A stretch of 64,000 bases of DNA from an uncultured Alphaproteobacteria bacterium (GTDB lineage Bacteria; Pseudomonadota; Alphaproteobacteria; HIMB59; GCA-002718135). The stretch covers positions 50,529 through 114,528 of the forward strand of contig CACFXU010000005.1 in assembly GCA_902570155.1 (NCBI GenBank). Direction: 5' to 3'. This document shows, one piece after another, positions 60,087 through 64,000 of the stretch (position 1 is its first letter; each line of letters begins with the position of its first letter). Under the pieces are notes generated by a model that ran no database searches, was not told where the DNA came from, and was given only the letters and a program-made list of their open reading frames with translations. The translations under genes were made by a program, and so were the position numbers.

Positions 60087-60823
60087 TATAAAGTCCATCC
60101 TCCATCAATTAAGTTTAATGTTCCAGTAACAAAGTCTGATTCATCACTTGCTAAATAAGTTGCAAGCGATGCTATTTCCTCTGGTTGTGCTAATCTTCCC
60201 ATAGCCTGTCTTGCTATAAAGTCTGATCTTGCTTTAACAGGATCGTCGGCCATATTAACTCTGCCTTCCCAGGATGGTGTTTCAACTGTTCCTGGTAAAA
60301 TAGCATTGCAGCGGATACCATCTTTAACATGATCTATGGCAATCGCTTTTACAAAACCATTTAAAGCTGCTTTAGTTGTGCCATATATGAATCTATTTGG
60401 TGCTCCTTTAACATTTGAAGCAGCTGATGATACAATAACAATACTGCCTTTCTTCTGTTTCAACATTTTTGGGAGAAGATTATAAGTCATTAAATATGCA
60501 GAAAATACATTTACATTTATTGATCGTGAAAATTCATTTTCATCACAATCAAGAATTGTTCCATGATGAACAAAACCTACTGCGTGAAATAAAACATCAA
60601 TTTTATCTATGGAAGAACAGAAGGCATCTACATCATTTTTGTTTGTTGCATCCAATTTGATAGTTTGGATACTCTCGTTCTCATTTTTTAAATCATTTAG
60701 TTTATCTTCATTAATATCAGTTGCTAAAACATTAGCCCCCTCATCTGCAAATCTAAGAGCAGTTGCTCTTCCAATCCCTTGTGCAGCTGCAGTAACTATA
60801 ATATTTTTTTTATCTAATCTCAT
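60086..60823 (-). CDS. SDR family oxidoreductase, BDH2/2-keto-3-deoxy-L-fuconate dehydrogenase-like
   Basis: TAAAQGIG, GFVHHGTIL, NRFIYGTTKAA, PGTVETPS, FIARQAMGRL. Confidence 0.85.
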   Translation of the reverse strand: MRLDKKNIIVTAAAQGIGRATALRFADEGANVLATDINEDKLNDLKNENESIQTIKLDATNKNDVDAFCSSIDKIDVLFHAVGFVHHGTILDCDENEFSRSINVNVFSAYLMTYNLLPKMLKQKKGSIVIVSSAASNVKGAPNRFIYGTTKAALNGFVKAIAIDHVKDGIRCNAILPGTVETPSWEGRVNMADDPVKARSDFIARQAMGRLAQPEEIASLATYLASDESDFVTGTLNLIDGGWTL

Positions 60824-60959
60824 ATGTCAGAATGATATGTATTTTTTTAGCATTAACAGACTTTGTTTTGAATTCAATAAATAAAGAGGCCTATAATATT
60901 AGTCATTTATAAAATATATCAATTTTAAATTAATAAATAATAATTTATTAGATACTTAT

Positions 60960-61943
60960 ATGAATTTTCTTTTAACGGGTGGTGCTGGATATATAGGAAG
61001 TCATGCCGCTCTCTCTCTTCTAGATGCTGGTCATAATGTTCATATTATTGATGATTTATCTACTGGAAACGAAAGTCTTATTCCTAAAAATGCTTTTTTT
61101 ACAAAATGTAATATTAATGATGAAGAAGTAATTTCTGAACTTATAAAATCTAATAGCTTTGATTTATTAATGCACTTTGCCGGTTTTATTCAAGTTGAGG
61201 AATCTGTAAAATATCCGCAAAAATATTTTGATAATAATACTGAAAATGCAACTAAACTATTTGAAACTTGTAAAAATAATGGGTTAAATAAAATAGTATT
61301 TTCTTCAACAGCTGCCGCATATGGATCGGTAAGTGAAAATAGATTAATAGATGAAAATACAAATTTAAATCCTCAAAATCCATATGCTGAATCTAAAATA
61401 AAAACAGAAAATTTTTTATTAGATAATAAAGATAGTTACAAATTTATAATATTGCGATACTTTAACGTTGCTGGTGCTGATAGTAAATTAAGATCAGGGC
61501 AAATATCTAAAAGATCAACACATTTAATAAAAATTTTATCTGAGGTAGTTGTAGGTAAAAGAGATCATATTAAAATATTTGGAAATGATTATGATACACC
61601 TGATGGAACTGCTATCAGAGACTATATTCATGTCTCTGATCTTGCTGATATCCACTTAGAAGTTGCAAAATATTTATTGGAAAATTCAGAATCTAATTTA
61701 TTCAATTGTGGTTATGGAAATGGTTTTAGTGTTTTAGATGTTATAAATACAGCAAATAAAATTTCAGAAGATAAAATTGATTACAAATTTTCAAACAGAA
61801 GAGATGGGGATGTTGAACAATTAATTGCAGATACATCAAAAATATTAAATCATATTGATTGGAGGCCAAAATATAATGATCTAAGTAAAATTATAAATTC
61901 TTCAATTAAATGGGAAGAAAAAATTAATGAATCAAATACATAA
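60960..61943 (+). CDS. galE: UDP-glucose 4-epimerase
   Basis: TGGAGYIGSH, FSSTAAAYG, YAESK, LRYFNVAG, DGTAIRDYIHV. Confidence 0.94.
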   Translation: MNFLLTGGAGYIGSHAALSLLDAGHNVHIIDDLSTGNESLIPKNAFFTKCNINDEEVISELIKSNSFDLLMHFAGFIQVEESVKYPQKYFDNNTENATKLFETCKNNGLNKIVFSSTAAAYGSVSENRLIDENTNLNPQNPYAESKIKTENFLLDNKDSYKFIILRYFNVAGADSKLRSGQISKRSTHLIKILSEVVVGKRDHIKIFGNDYDTPDGTAIRDYIHVSDLADIHLEVAKYLLENSESNLFNCGYGNGFSVLDVINTANKISEDKIDYKFSNRRDGDVEQLIADTSKILNHIDWRPKYNDLSKIINSSIKWEEKINESNT

Positions 61944-62976
61944 AAGAATATTTATAAGAAATGATAAAAAAGAACTTTATCTTTATGGTTATAAGGAACA
62001 CAAAGAGTCCCCAAGCCAAGAACTTGAGATAACAGAAATTCCTAAACCTCATATGAGATGGAACCCTTCAAGAGAAGAATGGGTTACCTACTCAGCAGGA
62101 AGAAAAGACAGAACTTCATTTCCACCAAAAGAATATTGCCCACTTTGTCCAGGAGTAAATTTAAATTATCCAACAGAGATACCATTTTCAAACTTTGAAG
62201 TTGCAGTTTTTCCAAATCGTTGGGCTAGTTTTAATAGCAAAGGTGAAAATATATTTTTAGAAAAAGTTTTGAGCAAACCTTCAAAAGGAGAATGTGAAGT
62301 AGTTGTGTATTCACCGGAACATCTTGATACAATTTCTGAAATGCCTTTGGAGCGAATAGAATTATTAACTAAAGTTTGGATTGATAGATATAAGGAGTTA
62401 CAAAAGAAACCTGATGTTAAATATGTTCTACCTTTTGAAAATAGAGGTGAAGAATGTGGTGTTACGCTTAATCATCCACATGGTCAAATTTATGCTTATC
62501 CTTTTATTCCTCCTGCTATTAAAAAAGAAATAAGAGCATTTAGAAAAGAGAACTTTTTAATTAAAATTATGAAGGAACTGGAGGAGAAATATTATGTATA
62601 TCAAAATGATAATTTTATTGCTGCAGTACCTCCCTTTGCTAGATATGCCTATGAAGTATGGATAATACCAAAAATTCAAATTGAAGGACCTTGGAAATTT
62701 AATGATACGCAAATTGAAGACTTTTCTAAATGTGTTCAACAGGTTGTGAAAGGGTATGATACTTTTCTAAATAAAAGATGCCCATATATAATGGGATTAC
62801 ATGCTTCTCCTGAATTAAATGATAATCAGTTTCATTTTCATGTTGAATTTTATCCACCTCTACGACACGGAGATAAACCAAAGGTTTTAGCAGGCTCTGA
62901 GTCAATGGCTGGTGTTTTTATTATGGATGTATTGCCAGAAGATTCTGCTAAAGTATTAAGAAAATTTATTTCATGA
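61927..62976 (+). CDS. galT: galactose-1-phosphate uridylyltransferase
   Basis: CPLCP, FENRG, catalytic HPHGQ, HFHVEFYPP. Confidence 0.9.
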   Translation: MNQIHKRIFIRNDKKELYLYGYKEHKESPSQELEITEIPKPHMRWNPSREEWVTYSAGRKDRTSFPPKEYCPLCPGVNLNYPTEIPFSNFEVAVFPNRWASFNSKGENIFLEKVLSKPSKGECEVVVYSPEHLDTISEMPLERIELLTKVWIDRYKELQKKPDVKYVLPFENRGEECGVTLNHPHGQIYAYPFIPPAIKKEIRAFRKENFLIKIMKELEEKYYVYQNDNFIAAVPPFARYAYEVWIIPKIQIEGPWKFNDTQIEDFSKCVQQVVKGYDTFLNKRCPYIMGLHASPELNDNQFHFHVEFYPPLRHGDKPKVLAGSESMAGVFIMDVLPEDSAKVLRKFIS

Positions 62977-63386
62977 AAACAATAGAAGAAAAAATAAATT
63001 ACTACAAAGAGAGTCTGGATCTATTCGATGACGGAATGGATAAGTATAAGTTTTTAATTGATCAGGCGAAAAATGCTAAAAATTTTCCAGAAGAATATAG
63101 AAATGACTCCTTTAAAGTTTCAGGATGTCAAGCGCAAGTTTGGCTTGTTCCTCAATTAAAAGGAAATAAACTTTCATTCTATTATGACTCAGATGCTTTT
63201 ATATCAAAGGGCATGGTGACAATTCTATGTGATATTTATGGTGATAGGAGTCCATCTGAAATTAATGAATCTGATTTTAAGATGCTAAATATTCTAGAGC
63301 TTGATACTCTTTTAACTCCAGGAAGAAGAAATGGTGTTTATTCAATGCTTGAAAAAATTAAAGAGTATGCAAATTCTTATGTATAA
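62973..63386 (+). CDS. sufE: Fe-S cluster sulfur acceptor SufE
   Basis: KVSGCQAQVW, DSDA.ISKG, LTPGRRNG. Confidence 0.92.
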   Translation: MKTIEEKINYYKESLDLFDDGMDKYKFLIDQAKNAKNFPEEYRNDSFKVSGCQAQVWLVPQLKGNKLSFYYDSDAFISKGMVTILCDIYGDRSPSEINESDFKMLNILELDTLLTPGRRNGVYSMLEKIKEYANSYV

Positions 63387-63394
63387 AAAAGATA

Positions 63395-63997
63395 ATGTTT
63401 TATGAGCCAAAAAAGGGCAGTCCTTTTAAAATAGACCCATTTAAATCTCTTATTTTTCCTCGACCTATTGGATGGATTTCTTCAATTAGTAAAAATGGGA
63501 TAGCTAATTTAGCACCATATTCATATTTTAATGCTATAGCTGATGAACCTCCTCAAGTTATGTTTTGTTCAAATGGTAGTTCGACTCATGGAAAATATAA
63601 AGACTCATTATCAAATATTTTATCTACAAAAGAATTTGTAGTAAATTTTGCAACATCAAGTTCACGAAATAAAATGAATATATCTTCAAGAGACTTTAAA
63701 CCTGATGAAGATGAATTTTTTTTTTCAAATTTAAAAAAGAAAAAATCAAAACTTGTTAAAGCACCCTCAGTAAAAATTAGCCCTGTAAATTTAGAATGTA
63801 AATTAGTAAAAACAATCAAATTAAAATCAAATTCAAAAAAAATCTCAACAATGATTGTTGGCGAAGTAATTGGAGTTTTCATAAATAATAAATTTATAAA
63901 GAATAATAGAGTAGATAGTGTTTCAATGCGATATATAGCAAGAATGGGTTATAGCGAATACACGACTATTTCTTCTAAATTTAATCTTAAAAGATAA
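63395..63997 (+). CDS. flavin reductase-like FMN-binding protein (DIM6/NTAB family)
   Basis: PRPIGWIS, NLAPYSYFN, KDS..NI...KEFVVN, SPVNLEC, ARMGY. Confidence 0.88.
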   Translation: MFYEPKKGSPFKIDPFKSLIFPRPIGWISSISKNGIANLAPYSYFNAIADEPPQVMFCSNGSSTHGKYKDSLSNILSTKEFVVNFATSSSRNKMNISSRDFKPDEDEFFFSNLKKKKSKLVKAPSVKISPVNLECKLVKTIKLKSNSKKISTMIVGEVIGVFINNKFIKNNRVDSVSMRYIARMGYSEYTTISSKFNLKR

Positions 63998-64000
63998 TTG

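Overview
Strongly AT-rich, very gene-dense bacterial DNA with many overlapping start/stop codons. Gene content and style point to a streamlined marine alphaproteobacterium; a SAR11-like or HIMB59/AEGEAN-169-like lineage is my inference, not a database result. Positions 1-21.6 kb are housekeeping: aa3 cytochrome c oxidase operon (including a 35-aa membrane peptide missed by the ORF track), rsmE, ubiA, a lipid A/Kdo cluster, xseA, tadA, RNA modification genes, pgi, lspA, ileS and ribF. Positions ~21.6-60.8 kb form a 37-gene carbohydrate/cyclitol catabolic region. It holds five sugar ABC importers, five Cys-type sulfatases with no visible signal peptide, three Fe(II)/2OG-type oxygenases, a MocD-like membrane di-iron enzyme, xylA, an orphan iolD and an SDR-FAH-LldD module typical of non-phosphorylative deoxyhexose catabolism. 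galE-galT, sufE and a flavin reductase-like gene follow. The most unusual signal is a MocE/Rieske-fold ferredoxin whose two His ligands are both replaced by Cys. The region also has no glycoside hydrolase, sugar kinase, CUT1 ATPase, sulfatase maturase or transcription regulator that I can recognise, and a hairpin follows every binding-protein gene. No rRNA, tRNA, CRISPR array, integrase or transposase was seen. All functional calls come from motif recognition by eye; no searches were run.
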